NCBI GenBank assembly: GCA_030595125.1
Contig: JAUVDV010000007.1
Location: 9,039 to 73,038 of the forward strand
Direction of reading: 5' to 3'
DNA: 64,000 nt
Origin: Deltaproteobacteria bacterium
GTDB taxonomy: Bacteria > Myxococcota_A > Polyangia > JAAYKL01
Shown here: in pieces, positions 1 to 9,161 of the stretch
How positions within the stretch are numbered: position 1 is the first letter of the stretch
Layout: each line of letters begins with the position of its first letter
Notes under the pieces: generated by a model
Told to the model about the DNA's origin: nothing
What the model saw: the letters and a program-made list of their open reading frames with translations, nothing else
Databases searched by the model: none
Translations under genes and position numbers: made by a program

Positions 1-697
1 GCCAGAGCGGTCTTGCCCATGGCCGGGCGTCCCGCCACGATGATCAGATCGGAAGGCTGGAATCCGGCGGTCAACTTGTCCAGCTCGCGAAAACCGCTGG
101 GCATGCCCGTCACGTCTCCCTTGCGCAGGGACGCCTTCTCCATGTCCTCGATGGTAGGGGCGAGTATCTGGGAGATATGAGCGTAGCCCTCGCCGATCCG
201 GGACTGTGACGCGTTGAAGATCACCTTTTCCGCCGCGTCGAGATATTCGTCGGCTTCTTCGTGATCCCCGAAACCGTCGGCAACAACCTGCTGAGCCGCG
301 TATATCATGCGCCTCACCGCCGCCTTTGATTTGACGATGCGCGCGTAGTGCTCGACATTGGCGACAGTGGCAACGCTGGTTGTCAGATTGTCCAGGGCCA
401 TCGGCCCGCCGATCTTCTCGAGATCACCTGCCTTCAACAACTCGTTGCCGAGGGTTACGTGGTCCACCGGGAGACCCTTCAGGGAAAGATCCTGGATGGC
501 TCCGTAAATCCTGTTGTGAACCTCGACGTAGAAATCTTCCCTGTTGACGATTTCCTGCACCAGGTTGAGCGCCTGGTTGTTGAGCAGGATGCATCCGATG
601 ACCGCCGCCTCGGCTTCCTTGCTGTATGGAGGTACCCGCCCACCCGGCGAAGACTGAATGCCGGATCCATCCTTGCTGATGCTCGAGGGCTTGTTCA
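1..697 (-). CDS. dnaB: Replicative DNA helicase DnaB. The N-terminal ~230 aa are in the window and the C-terminus runs off the left edge.
   Basis: Reverse translation of 1-697 gives MNKPSS...[28 protein letters not shown]. That is the DnaB N-terminal domain leading into the Walker A motif GRPAMGKT. It heads a dnaB-rplI-rpsR-rpsF gene order on the minus strand. Confidence 0.85.
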
Positions 698-732
698 TGC
701 GGCCCCCCTTTTCAAGAGTACCTGACGGGCGT

Positions 733-1176
733 TTATTCCTTGACGACCCAGACCTTGAACTCGGCGTTCACTCCGCCACGCAACTTGGCAGTGACAGTGT
801 ACACACCCAGGGACTTGATCGGTTCCTCAATCACAATGCGGCGTCGATCCAGGGTAACCCCTTCTTCGGCCAGCGCGGATGCGACATCCTTTGTGGTGAC
901 CGATCCGAAGAGTTTTTCGTTGTCGCCGGCGGCCTTGGTGACCGTGACGCTAACATTCTCGAGCCTCGCCTTCACCTCTTCGACCCGCGCGTTCTCGACA
1001 TCGATCTGCTTTTGGATCTCCCGGAGCGTATGCTCGCTCAACTTGATGTTACGAGATGTAGCCTGAGCGGCCAGACCCTGTGGAATCAAGTAGTTGCGTG
1101 CGTATCCCGGTTTGACGTTTACAACGGTCCCGGAGTCGCCGAGATGGGGTACGTCTTCGCGTAGTATGACCTTCAT
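733..1176 (-). CDS. rplI: 50S ribosomal protein L9
   Basis: 147 aa, [36 protein letters not shown]..., the canonical L9 N-terminus. It sits between rpsR and dnaB as in the conserved operon. Confidence 0.9.
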   Translation of the reverse strand: MKVILREDVPHLGDSGTVVNVKPGYARNYLIPQGLAAQATSRNIKLSEHTLREIQKQIDVENARVEEVKARLENVSVTVTKAAGDNEKLFGSVTTKDVASALAEEGVTLDRRRIVIEEPIKSLGVYTVTAKLRGGVNAEFKVWVVKE

Positions 1177-1185
1177 GGCGCCCTC

Positions 1186-1467
1186 CTATTTCGGTGCCGT
1201 AAAGGGCATCAGGGCGATATTGCGTGCCCGTTTGATTGCAAGGCAAACCTGGCGCTGGTGCTTTGCGCACGTTCCGGAAATCCGGCGCGGCACGATCTTG
1301 CCTCGTTCGGTCATGAAGTAACGAATTGCCTGCGCGTCCTTGTAATCGATCTGGAGGGTGCTGTCGGCGCAGAACTTACATACGCGGCGCCGCCGGAAAC
1401 CTCCGCCGCCGCCACGACGCCGGGGTTCCCCCTTGCCTTTTTTGTCATCATCATATTGCTCGGACAT
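1186..1467 (-). CDS. rpsR: 30S ribosomal protein S18
   Basis: 93 aa with CKFC...IDYKD...LRRFITERGKI-like S18 signature ([44 protein letters not shown]). Confidence 0.9.
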   Translation of the reverse strand: MSEQYDDDKKGKGEPRRRGGGGGFRRRRVCKFCADSTLQIDYKDAQAIRYFMTERGKIVPRRISGTCAKHQRQVCLAIKRARNIALMPFTAPK

Positions 1468-1476
1468 ATGGTCCTC

Positions 1477-2082
1477 CTACTTGGAATCCTTATCGGCGGA
1501 GTCTTGCTCGGCCGGCTTATCGCCATCTTTTTCCTCGGTCTTCGCGACCTTGGGCTCGGGCTCCTTTTTGGGGGCCTTTTCCTCGACCTTCGCGACCTTG
1601 GGCTCGGGCTCCTTTTTGGGGGCCTTTTCCTCGGTCTTCGCGACCTTGGGCTCGGGCTCCTTTTTGGGGGCCTTTTCCTCGGTCTTGGCGACGTAGGGTT
1701 CGGGTTCCTCGTGCCTGGGCACGAAGGAGATCTCCTCCTCGCGTACAGGCCTCGCCTCCGGATCTACGTCCTCATCAACCTTGACCGTGAGGTACTTGAC
1801 CACGGTGTCGAGCATGCGAAGGTTTCGCTCGAGCTCGTGCACCATGTTCTGGTAGCCCAGGTAGCGCAGGTAGATGTAGATCCCCTTGGGGTTCTTCTTG
1901 ACCGGGTAGGCCAGGCGGCGATTACCCCAGTTTTCGGCGCGCAGAAGTTTGCCATCGAGTCGAGAGATCACTTCCTGGCACCGGCCGGCCACCTTGTCGA
2001 TAACGGCGGTGTCCGACTCCGGATGGAGGATGAAGATGGTCTCGTACTCGCGCGCCCGGTGTTTGGGCAGAACGTTGCTCAT
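1477..2082 (-). CDS. rpsF: 30S ribosomal protein S6 with a C-terminal Lys/Glu/Pro-rich extension made of 4 tandem 16-aa repeats
   Basis: The N-terminus MSNVLPKHRAREYETIFILHPE...LRAENWGNRRLAYPV is the S6 fold. The C-terminus carries 4 copies of KAPKKEPEPKVAKTEE, encoded by 48-bp tandem DNA repeats at about 1526-1700. Confidence 0.88.
   Translation of the reverse strand: MSNVLPKHRAREYETIFILHPESDTAVIDKVAGRCQEVISRLDGKLLRAENWGNRRLAYPVKKNPKGIYIYLRYLGYQNMVHELERNLRMLDTVVKYLTVKVDEDVDPEARPVREEEISFVPRHEEPEPYVAKTEEKAPKKEPEPKVAKTEEKAPKKEPEPKVAKVEEKAPKKEPEPKVAKTEEKDGDKPAEQDSADKDSK
1526..1700. repeat. 48-bp tandem repeat (about 3.5 units) encoding the rpsF C-terminal tail
   Basis: The unit cgcgaccttgggctcgggctcctttttgggggccttttcctcg(g/a)(t/c)cttcg is seen directly repeated. 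Confidence 0.8.
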
Positions 2083-2274
2083 GATGCCTCCTTACGGGTC
2101 CAGCCCCGGATCTTTGTCCGGAGCAAGGAGTTACTCGCCGGCGAAAATACCCGCCTGAGCGAAGAGAGCCTTCGTATCCGAAGGACGGGGTTGCGTCAAG
2201 CTATTCGTGGCGACAGCTCTTTGCGGTGCAGCATTAATGTAAACGGAGTACAATGACCGAAGGAGGGAATGTAA

Positions 2275-2694
2275 ATGCATAAAATGCTAATTGTGTCCTT
2301 ATTGGTGGCGTCTGGTCTGGGGGCAGTCACTTTCGGTTGCGGCAGTGATGACAGCCGTGGATCGGGAGATTCCGATTCGGACAGCGACTCGGATACCGAC
2401 ACGGACACGGATACGGATACGGACAGCGACACAGATTCTGATTCAGATACGGACACGGATGCCGACACGGATACCGACACGGATGCGGATACCGATACGG
2501 ATACCGACACTGACACCGGCACCGATACCGGCACTGATACCGGCTCTGATACCGGCTCTGATACCGGGCCGGATCCTTGCCCCCCGACTGCCCCGACACC
2601 GGGAGGTTCGTGCTCGCCCCTCGGATTGAGCTGCTCCTACATGCCCCTGACGGTCTGCGTGTGTGAGGTCTCCGGTTGGCTTTGCGCCTATTAG
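2275..2694 (+). CDS. Small secreted (S/T)D-repeat protein with a Cys-rich C-terminal module. Putative lipoprotein or secreted.
   Basis: Signal peptide MHKMLIVSLLVASGLGAVTFGCGS, then about 70 residues of SD/TD/AD dipeptide repeats, then CPPTAPTPGGSCSPLGLSCSYMPLTVCVCEVSGWLCAY. RBS-like ggaggga sits 8 nt upstream. Confidence 0.6.
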   Translation: MHKMLIVSLLVASGLGAVTFGCGSDDSRGSGDSDSDSDSDTDTDTDTDTDSDTDSDSDTDTDADTDTDTDADTDTDTDTDTGTDTGTDTGSDTGSDTGPDPCPPTAPTPGGSCSPLGLSCSYMPLTVCVCEVSGWLCAY

Positions 2695-3053
2695 ATGCAG
2701 AGCATCGCGACTAACAATACCAGCCCGGATCCCGTCACGATGATTTCCTCCACGACGAGAAACCTCGGTTTGATCACTCTCATCAGGCGGTAGACGGGCT
2801 GGCTGACGGCCAGCGGCATCAGGCCGAGGGCCAGTGGGTTGATGGCGACGCTCCTTTCCAAGTCCCCGGCGAGCAGGGCCGCCGCAGCGGTGGTGGTTCC
2901 GCAAAGGGCGCACGGCTCACCGGTCAGCCCGGTATAGGGGCACGCAGTCAGGAAGGAGATAATATCGCCGAGAAGAACAGTGACCCACGCGCTCATGACG
3001 ATCACCAGCAACGCGAGATGAACTCCCCTCGGGTTCAGGCGTGTAGCAGTCAC
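2691..3053 (-). CDS. DUF2752-like membrane protein with a CPxxGxxCPxCGxTRA-type motif
   Basis: The minus-strand translation contains LTACPYTGLTGEPCALCGTTTAAAALLAGDLERSVAINPLALGL preceded by a TM helix. The start is assigned to a GTG that overlaps the upstream stop (GTGA). An alternative start is the ATG at 2995. Confidence 0.5.
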   Translation of the reverse strand: MTATRLNPRGVHLALLVIVMSAWVTVLLGDIISFLTACPYTGLTGEPCALCGTTTAAAALLAGDLERSVAINPLALGLMPLAVSQPVYRLMRVIKPRFLVVEEIIVTGSGLVLLVAMLCI

Positions 3054-3490
3054 GGTTGTGGTTGAGGCTGGACCGGCTCCAAGGGCTCCATCGGTTGCAT
3101 GGGCTCCATCGGTTCCATGGGCTGCATCGGTTGTCCGGGCTGGTTCGACGGGAATCCACCCGGCTGCAACGGTGGAAAACCAAACGGCGGCGCTTGCTGT
3201 CCGGGAACCTGCTGACCGGGAATCTGCTGCCAGGAACCTGCCGGATCGTACATCTCCCCCTGTGAGAACATCAGCACCCACCAGATAACGACCGCTATTA
3301 TCGCCAGCGGATTTAGAATGACCCCGGCGATGGCCGTGCCCTTCGGTCCGCCCGACCTGGACTTGATCACCAGATCGACGATCCCCAGGATGAGCCCGAT
3401 GACCGCCGGGACCAGAGCCCACGTTCCGCAAAAAGGAAAGGCCCCGACAACCAGAGCGATGATTCCTATCACGAGTGAAGCTATGCCCAT
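3050..3490 (-). CDS. DUF4190-like small membrane protein with a Pro/Gln-rich C-terminal tail
   Basis: MGIASLVIGIIALVVGAFPFCGTWALVPAVIGLILGIVDLVIKSRSGGPKGTAIAGVILNPLAIIAVVIWWVL followed by a PQ/PM-rich tail. A strong RBS aggagag sits immediately upstream of the ATG at 3490. Confidence 0.6.
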   Translation of the reverse strand: MGIASLVIGIIALVVGAFPFCGTWALVPAVIGLILGIVDLVIKSRSGGPKGTAIAGVILNPLAIIAVVIWWVLMFSQGEMYDPAGSWQQIPGQQVPGQQAPPFGFPPLQPGGFPSNQPGQPMQPMEPMEPMQPMEPLEPVQPQPQP

Positions 3491-3562
3491 GCTCTCTCCT
3501 GTTGAAGTCGGGATGAGGTCTTCGTAGATCGATGATAGAACAATTCGGGTTGCGCGCAAGAA

Positions 3563-4408
3563 CTACGCGTACTCGAATAAACCCTTCGCGATGGCCTTGT
3601 CCCCCGATCCCTCCACAGTGACTGTCACTGCGGCGCGGCCCGGTTCGTCGAGTTTCCAGCCCTCCACGATGAGGGTATCGCCGGGCATCACGACCTTCGC
3701 AAACCTCGCCTCGAAGGACTTGAAGCGCGCGGGATCGTCACCCGCCAGCTCCTTCAGCGCCACCCGACCCGCGATGCCGTAGAAGCACAGTCCGTGCAAG
3801 ATGGGCCTGTCGAAACCCGCTGCGGCTGCGATCTGCGGATCCGAGTGGATGGGGTTGATGTCGCCGTTAAGCCTGTACAGGAGGGCCTGATTCTCCGTGG
3901 TGGGCACACGCACCGCAAAGTCCGGGTCTGCCCCGGCGGGTGGTCTGACGTTGAGCAATTTCGGCGGACGCTCTCCTCCGAACCCTCCCTCGCCCCGCAG
4001 GAGGAGTTGCCATGACGTCCGTGCGGTCGGCTCTCCATCCACAGCCGTCTCGGTTTCGATGACAATCATCGCGCCGATCTTCATATCCCAGATTCCGCGT
4101 ATCTTCGCTGTTGTGCTCAGAGTTCCGCTCTTTTGAAACGGTCTTACCAGCTCGGTTCGCTGCGCGCTGTGAAGGAGGGTTACCATGTTGCCGCCCGTGG
4201 CCTTCAGCAACTCGAAGACCGGTTCGAACGCCGGCACGATCCCGTATGTGGGGAGCACCTTGTGGGGCGGATTCTCCACCAGGTAGTTCAGGTCTTCGGT
4301 GCCCGCGCTCAGGCCGATGGCGTAGAGGGCGGTGTCGCGCCAGTCGTACTGTCCGGTCAGCGGACCGAGCTCGCGACCCACGGTTTGAAGGTCGATTGTC
4401 ATTTGCAT
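3563..4408 (-). CDS. MaoC-like (R)-specific enoyl-CoA hydratase/dehydratase, double hot-dog
   Basis: About 280 aa with hot-dog motifs (NGDINPIHSDPQIAAAAGFDRPILHGLCFYG). RBS gaggg 4 nt before ATGCAAATG. Confidence 0.72.
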   Translation of the reverse strand: MQMTIDLQTVGRELGPLTGQYDWRDTALYAIGLSAGTEDLNYLVENPPHKVLPTYGIVPAFEPVFELLKATGGNMVTLLHSAQRTELVRPFQKSGTLSTTAKIRGIWDMKIGAMIVIETETAVDGEPTARTSWQLLLRGEGGFGGERPPKLLNVRPPAGADPDFAVRVPTTENQALLYRLNGDINPIHSDPQIAAAAGFDRPILHGLCFYGIAGRVALKELAGDDPARFKSFEARFAKVVMPGDTLIVEGWKLDEPGRAAVTVTVEGSGDKAIAKGLFEYA

Positions 4409-4412
4409 ACCC

Positions 4413-4991
4413 TCACTTTTCACCCGTCGCCAGGCGTTGTTCATCGAAATCTGCGGCGTTTCGTCGTACCTGATCGAGGTTGTCCCCGAGGCGGATCTTT
4501 TCCTTGATCAACTCGTCACGGTATGTCGCCAGCCCCCACTCCTCGCCCGCACGGGCCATCTGAAAACTACCGCCGCGAGTGGTCTTGACCGTAGCCGTGG
4601 TTTCGGTCAGGGCGCTGATTTCCGTCACGGCTCCGAGTCCCCGGGCAAGTTTTCGCAAGCAATCGTGCCGAGAACAGAAGGCCGAAAACACCTCGTGGGC
4701 ATTCTTCGATCCGGCCGCTTTGGCCCAGGTTCCGTAGACCGTGGCGGGATCTTGGCGGTCCGCAGGGTACGATTGGTCCACGATCTCGCCGATGGTCTTC
4801 AGGGTTCGATGGATCGTGGCGAGGGACCAGCGGCTGTCGCGGTCGAGCTCCTTAAAAAGACATCCGGTATCCGCCAGATCCACGCAGGGGGCCAACCTGG
4901 CAAACGCTCCCGCCGGGTCATTTCGAGATGGTGGTGGCGATTGGCAACCGGTTGCGATGGCGAGCAGCGCGACGGCGACTATGGTTCTCAT
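4413..4991 (-). CDS. Hypothetical lipoprotein
   Basis: Signal peptide plus lipobox MRTIVAVALLAIATGCQS. No recognisable catalytic motif. Confidence 0.5.
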   Translation of the reverse strand: MRTIVAVALLAIATGCQSPPPSRNDPAGAFARLAPCVDLADTGCLFKELDRDSRWSLATIHRTLKTIGEIVDQSYPADRQDPATVYGTWAKAAGSKNAHEVFSAFCSRHDCLRKLARGLGAVTEISALTETTATVKTTRGGSFQMARAGEEWGLATYRDELIKEKIRLGDNLDQVRRNAADFDEQRLATGEK

Positions 4992-5111
4992 GGTGTGCCA
5001 ATAACACGGGGCAAGCGCGTTGGACAAGCACATGAAGAAGATGATATATCGACGCGACGGGCGTAGATAAACCGGCTCGATCCGGTCCCCTTCAAGGAGA
5101 TATTTCGACGA

Positions 5112-7217
5112 ATGAGCGGTCCCGACAAAGACAGCGGCTCGCCCTCAGTCGAATCGGCTACCGGCCCCGCGTACCAGGAAGAAGTGGACGAGGAACTTCT
5201 GGCCCTCGCGCCGCCGCCGCCGAGCATTCGCCAGGCCCTCTTCGTGGGAATCATCCTGGCGTTGACCATTGTAATGCTCGTCTGGTTCTCCCCGGAGCTC
5301 AGGTATTTTCTCCGGTCTTTCGAAGGTCCAGTTCATCTCGGCGAGGCCCCGGACATCGATACCGGAGCGCTCAGCTCGCACAGCTATGTTTCGCTCAACG
5401 GTCTGCCCATGATCAACGAAACCCTCGTATTCAACGAGGGTGTCAAGTGGTTTGCCCAGAGCGACACCGAGCGTAAAATGTTCTCCCTGTCCGGGCAGCC
5501 CGACATCTTCGTGCAATGGGCCATGTCCGACGAGCACAAGGCTTACCGCGACCCGGAATTCGACCCGGTGAGCCCCCCCTTGCCGGCGTTTTTTGAGGGG
5601 CACCTGATCAAACGCGGGGAGATCGGCCCCAATTTCGACAAGGTGTGGGTCTTCTTCGATTGCCTGAACGTGCACACCGTTTCGCGCTGCAAGTACTGTC
5701 TCGGCAGGGTCTCCATGGATTCGTGCAGAGAGGCGTTCACCTGCCTCGAACGAAACACGTCCGATCAATGCGGAGAGTTCCTCGAGCGCTCCGCCGAAGG
5801 ACTGGCCTCCGAGATTGGAGATCTGGAGAACAAGGTGAGCAGTGGGGAAAACCCACAGGAGAATCGCAAGAAGATAGCTCATCTTACGGACCTGAAAATG
5901 TCGCTCAGGGAACAGGGCGTTGCCGTCAAGGCGGTTCGCCTCGAGGAGATGTTCGCCCGGGCCGATCGATTGTTGCGGATGGTCGGTGATGGGGAACGCG
6001 AGCGACGGGATCTCGAGTCAATAAGGACCGAAGTTCTGGGTATGCAGTTTGAGGACATGGCAATCAGAGCGGGCAAACCTGCGTCCGTGGTTGATTCCTT
6101 CAAGGGCGACGATCGGGCGCAGCTGGATCTCGCCCTGGAGCGTTACAAGAATCTGGTGAAAGCGGAGCCGGCCAAGATCGAGGATCTGAAGGCCATTCAG
6201 GCTGTCATCGAGATCGGCAACGGGCTTCAGAGACTCAAGGAGAGGTTGGCCTGGATCGACGAGAGAATCGTCCGACACGATCCCGTCCACATGGAACCCT
6301 TGAAAAAGTTGAAGCTCGATCCTGAAAAATCGACCGGCGCCCAGATCCTGGCCGCGGTAGAGATGCTTGAGCAGGCCCTTTCCAAACCGTCCGATCTCCG
6401 CGAGGAGATCGACGCTGACGCAGGTCCGACTGACGAAAAGCCCGGGGCGGATATCGACGAGATCGATGAACCGGATGTCAAGCGTGCGGTCCTGGCTCTG
6501 CGGGCCGTTGCGAGCAGAGCGGATTCTCTTCAGGACAGAGTTGCTTTTGTGGAACCGGGCGCGATTCCCGATTTTGATAAATGGGCCATGAAATCCAACA
6601 CGGTCCTTCACCTGTGCAGGAGCACGTCCAAGGACGGCTGCAAGATCCCCAAGGGGCTCCGGACCGACGAGATAATAGGAGCCCTCGACCGGCTGGAGAA
6701 GATGCTCGAGGGGGTGGTGCCAGAGGACGTAGAGGTGCCCGCGCTGTCGAGCAAGCTCGATCAGGGAATAGACGATCTCGACGAAATAAAAAAAGGTATC
6801 CGGGAACTCGAGGCCCGCTCAGGCCTGGTCGAACTCGAAGTAATGGAACCCCTTCTGGCGCTTCAAGAGTCCATCGCATCCCTGGCCGACAAACCCGGCG
6901 GCGCGCGCAAGGACGTGCGGGAGCTGGAGCGCGTGAAGCGGATAATGATGGAGAGGGGCTTCTACTCCACGCAACTCAAGGGCATGCCGGAGGAGCTCGC
7001 GGCTATCGAGAAGAATCTGGACGCCGGGAAATTATCGAAGCTGGACGAGCGGCTCGATGCGCTCGGCTCGACCATCGACAGGAGCGACTGGGTGCTTGTG
7101 GACGGCGACGTGCCAATCGACAATATCTGGGTGGTATTCGTCTACTTGTTGCTGGTTGTAATGATAGTGATCAACCTCAAAAAACTCTGGCGATTCTGGC
7201 TCGCCTGGAGGGCCTGA
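5112..7217 (+). CDS. Large membrane protein: N-terminal TM, Cys-containing periplasmic domain, about 400-aa coiled coil, C-terminal TM. Function unknown.
   Basis: 701-aa ORF with RBS aaggaga upstream. It has hydrophobic segments ALFVGIILALTIVMLVWF (N-terminal) and NIWVVFVYLLLVVMIVINL (C-terminal) and a Cys cluster FFDCLNVHTVSRCKYCLGRVSMDSCREAFTCLERNTSDQC. The long E/K/R/L-rich stretch is typical of coiled coils. Confidence 0.6.
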   Translation: MSGPDKDSGSPSVESATGPAYQEEVDEELLALAPPPPSIRQALFVGIILALTIVMLVWFSPELRYFLRSFEGPVHLGEAPDIDTGALSSHSYVSLNGLPMINETLVFNEGVKWFAQSDTERKMFSLSGQPDIFVQWAMSDEHKAYRDPEFDPVSPPLPAFFEGHLIKRGEIGPNFDKVWVFFDCLNVHTVSRCKYCLGRVSMDSCREAFTCLERNTSDQCGEFLERSAEGLASEIGDLENKVSSGENPQENRKKIAHLTDLKMSLREQGVAVKAVRLEEMFARADRLLRMVGDGERERRDLESIRTEVLGMQFEDMAIRAGKPASVVDSFKGDDRAQLDLALERYKNLVKAEPAKIEDLKAIQAVIEIGNGLQRLKERLAWIDERIVRHDPVHMEPLKKLKLDPEKSTGAQILAAVEMLEQALSKPSDLREEIDADAGPTDEKPGADIDEIDEPDVKRAVLALRAVASRADSLQDRVAFVEPGAIPDFDKWAMKSNTVLHLCRSTSKDGCKIPKGLRTDEIIGALDRLEKMLEGVVPEDVEVPALSSKLDQGIDDLDEIKKGIRELEARSGLVELEVMEPLLALQESIASLADKPGGARKDVRELERVKRIMMERGFYSTQLKGMPEELAAIEKNLDAGKLSKLDERLDALGSTIDRSDWVLVDGDVPIDNIWVVFVYLLLVVMIVINLKKLWRFWLAWRA

Positions 7218-7222
7218 TCTCC

Positions 7223-8287
7223 GTGGCCCGCGATCGCGCAGTAACCAATTCTCAACAAACCCTCGAGCTGACCGTGGCCGGGTGGTTCACCCTGTTCGCC
7301 GCGATCTGGGAGCTCCTCTTCAATCGCCTGTTTGCCTACCTCGGTTTCTACTCCGGGGTGGGGGCCAACGGACCCCTGGCCTGGCTGGCAACCTCCGGTT
7401 ATCTGGCAATGACCGTAACCGGGATGATGGCCCTGGTGCTCGCGGTGCCCGCCGGAGCTCGTCTGGTGATCACCCGCCGGTTGCCCGGGGTGTGGTGGCG
7501 CGCCGTGTTGTTCCTGATCTCCCCTACCTATCTGCTGGTCATTTTCTGGGCGATCTTCAGCTCCGGTCTATCGCCGTGGCTCATCCTCGCCGGTTACTTG
7601 ACGAGCATTCTCTCCGCGTTTTTCCTGTCCGTGCTCTCCGTCACGCGCAAGATCGGCCCGGGTCGGAGACGAACCATGCTCGCCCTGGGACTCATGGTTG
7701 CGCTCCAGGCGTTTGCCTGGACGGTCCTCGATTTTCTGGAAGTGGATCGGTTCGGCGACTGGGGAGCAATTGCCATCCGCGCATATCTGGTCTCCGAGCT
7801 GTTGATGGTCGCCATCCCCATCATCGGGTTTTTCGTATTTTTCCTGGATAGTCCGCGCAAGCTCGGCGCCTTCATCAGGAGGCCCCATCTCATCGCGGTT
7901 GCAGGAGCCCTGGTTGCCACTGCGGTGGGTCTGGGTGTCGTGCTGCACACCGACGACGGCGGGAGCTTCATGTCACAGGTAGCGTACCTGTCCATGGGCA
8001 TCACCATGTCGGTTCCCGGCGGACCGGCGGTCTACCTGATTTCCCTGTTCTTCGGCTCTCTTCTCATCGGATGTCTACTGTTCTCTTTTGGGCGGTGGAA
8101 GACCGACGGAAAATCGCAGAGGCTCGGTCTTGGTCTGGCATTCGTCTGGATCGCAGGGTTGCAGCCGTATCGCGTGTACCAGTTCGCGCTGATGCTGCTG
8201 GGGTTTGTGCTGATCACCCTGAGCATGGCGGAGTTGTCGCAGGCGGGGGACAAGGGCAGGGACAGCGTAGAAGATCTGCTGTACTAG
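7223..8287 (+). CDS. Polytopic integral membrane protein (at least 8 predicted TM helices), function unknown
   Basis: The in-frame ORF continues past the upstream stop. The start is assigned to the GTG at 7223, which lies 10 nt after GGAGGG. The rest is highly hydrophobic throughout (FTLFAAIWELLFNRLF..., LVLAVPAGARLVI..., IFWAIFSSGLSPWLILAGYL...). Confidence 0.5.
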   Translation: MARDRAVTNSQQTLELTVAGWFTLFAAIWELLFNRLFAYLGFYSGVGANGPLAWLATSGYLAMTVTGMMALVLAVPAGARLVITRRLPGVWWRAVLFLISPTYLLVIFWAIFSSGLSPWLILAGYLTSILSAFFLSVLSVTRKIGPGRRRTMLALGLMVALQAFAWTVLDFLEVDRFGDWGAIAIRAYLVSELLMVAIPIIGFFVFFLDSPRKLGAFIRRPHLIAVAGALVATAVGLGVVLHTDDGGSFMSQVAYLSMGITMSVPGGPAVYLISLFFGSLLIGCLLFSFGRWKTDGKSQRLGLGLAFVWIAGLQPYRVYQFALMLLGFVLITLSMAELSQAGDKGRDSVEDLLY

Positions 8288-9042
8288 AATCCGAACTCGA
8301 CACCCACATTGAACATGATGTTCATCGAGCGAACTTGTATTTCGTCGGCGTCCGGGAAGCCGGGGCGGTCGTCCTGAATTTCTTCGTTATCCACATCGTT
8401 GATCATATGCATCATCCACGTGACGCCCGGCACGATGTAGATCGGCCCGACAGGGATGGCGTATCCGAGGAAGACCCTCGGTCCCACGTTGAACCGGCGT
8501 ACCCAGTCCCATTCGTCGTCATCCCATTCCTGGGTGATCGTGAGGCTCCCTTCCTCCCACTTGGTTTTACCCTTCACCGCGATCCATATCCCGATGCCGA
8601 GGGAAGCCTGAAACCCCTTGATGTTGAGCTTGAACGCGATCGGAATCTCAAAGTAGGTAACTTTGTCCCAAAATGTTCCATCCGAGTCGGAACCGACAAC
8701 ATCGGCGTCGACTTCCGCCTTTCCGCCCTTGCCGATGAATCCGACCCCCGCCTCGATCGCCATCATCGGCGTGATGTAGAAGTCGAAGAACAAATTGAAC
8801 GCCAGGGCCAATTTCGGCTTGGCGTCAATGTTGTCTTCTACGTTGCCCCCGTAATGGTTCGCAGCCAGGAGGGTCTCGTAGTCTCCGGCGATCATGGCCA
8901 TTCCAATGCCGAATGTCGCACCAACGACAAATTTGTGGTCGCCACCTGCCGTGTCGGCCCCGACAGTTGCGCCCTCCGCAAAAGCGTCGGCTCCGCCAAG
9001 AGCCGAAACAAGAACAATCATTGCCATAAATGTCTTCTTCAT
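8284..9042 (-). CDS. Outer-membrane beta-barrel protein (OmpA-like/porin-family barrel)
   Basis: Signal peptide MKKTFMAMIVLVSALGGADAFA, alternating hydrophobic beta-strand pattern, and a C-terminal ...NVGVEFGF ending in Phe as in OM barrels. Confidence 0.68.
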   Translation of the reverse strand: MKKTFMAMIVLVSALGGADAFAEGATVGADTAGGDHKFVVGATFGIGMAMIAGDYETLLAANHYGGNVEDNIDAKPKLALAFNLFFDFYITPMMAIEAGVGFIGKGGKAEVDADVVGSDSDGTFWDKVTYFEIPIAFKLNIKGFQASLGIGIWIAVKGKTKWEEGSLTITQEWDDDEWDWVRRFNVGPRVFLGYAIPVGPIYIVPGVTWMMHMINDVDNEEIQDDRPGFPDADEIQVRSMNIMFNVGVEFGF

Positions 9043-9161
9043 AATTCCTCCAATAAGTTGAGGAAAATTTTATCCGCTAGTCCGGGTAGCGTCAATTGTC
9101 GGCGAGGCGTTGTTATGCTTCATTTTTCTCGTCGGTGGTCGAAAACCGGTATGATCCCTCC

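Noticed and set aside
2327-2913. Cys/Arg-rich ORFs antisense to the TD-repeat gene
   Set aside because: Translating repetitive GAC/ACG DNA in other frames gives periodic junk (RYQ, SVS repeats). These are not independent genes.
6581-7222. 5' portion of the long ORF 6581-8287
   Set aside because: It is an out-of-frame read-through of gene 5112-7217 (Arg/Gly-rich nonsense). The real gene starts after the upstream stop at about 7223.
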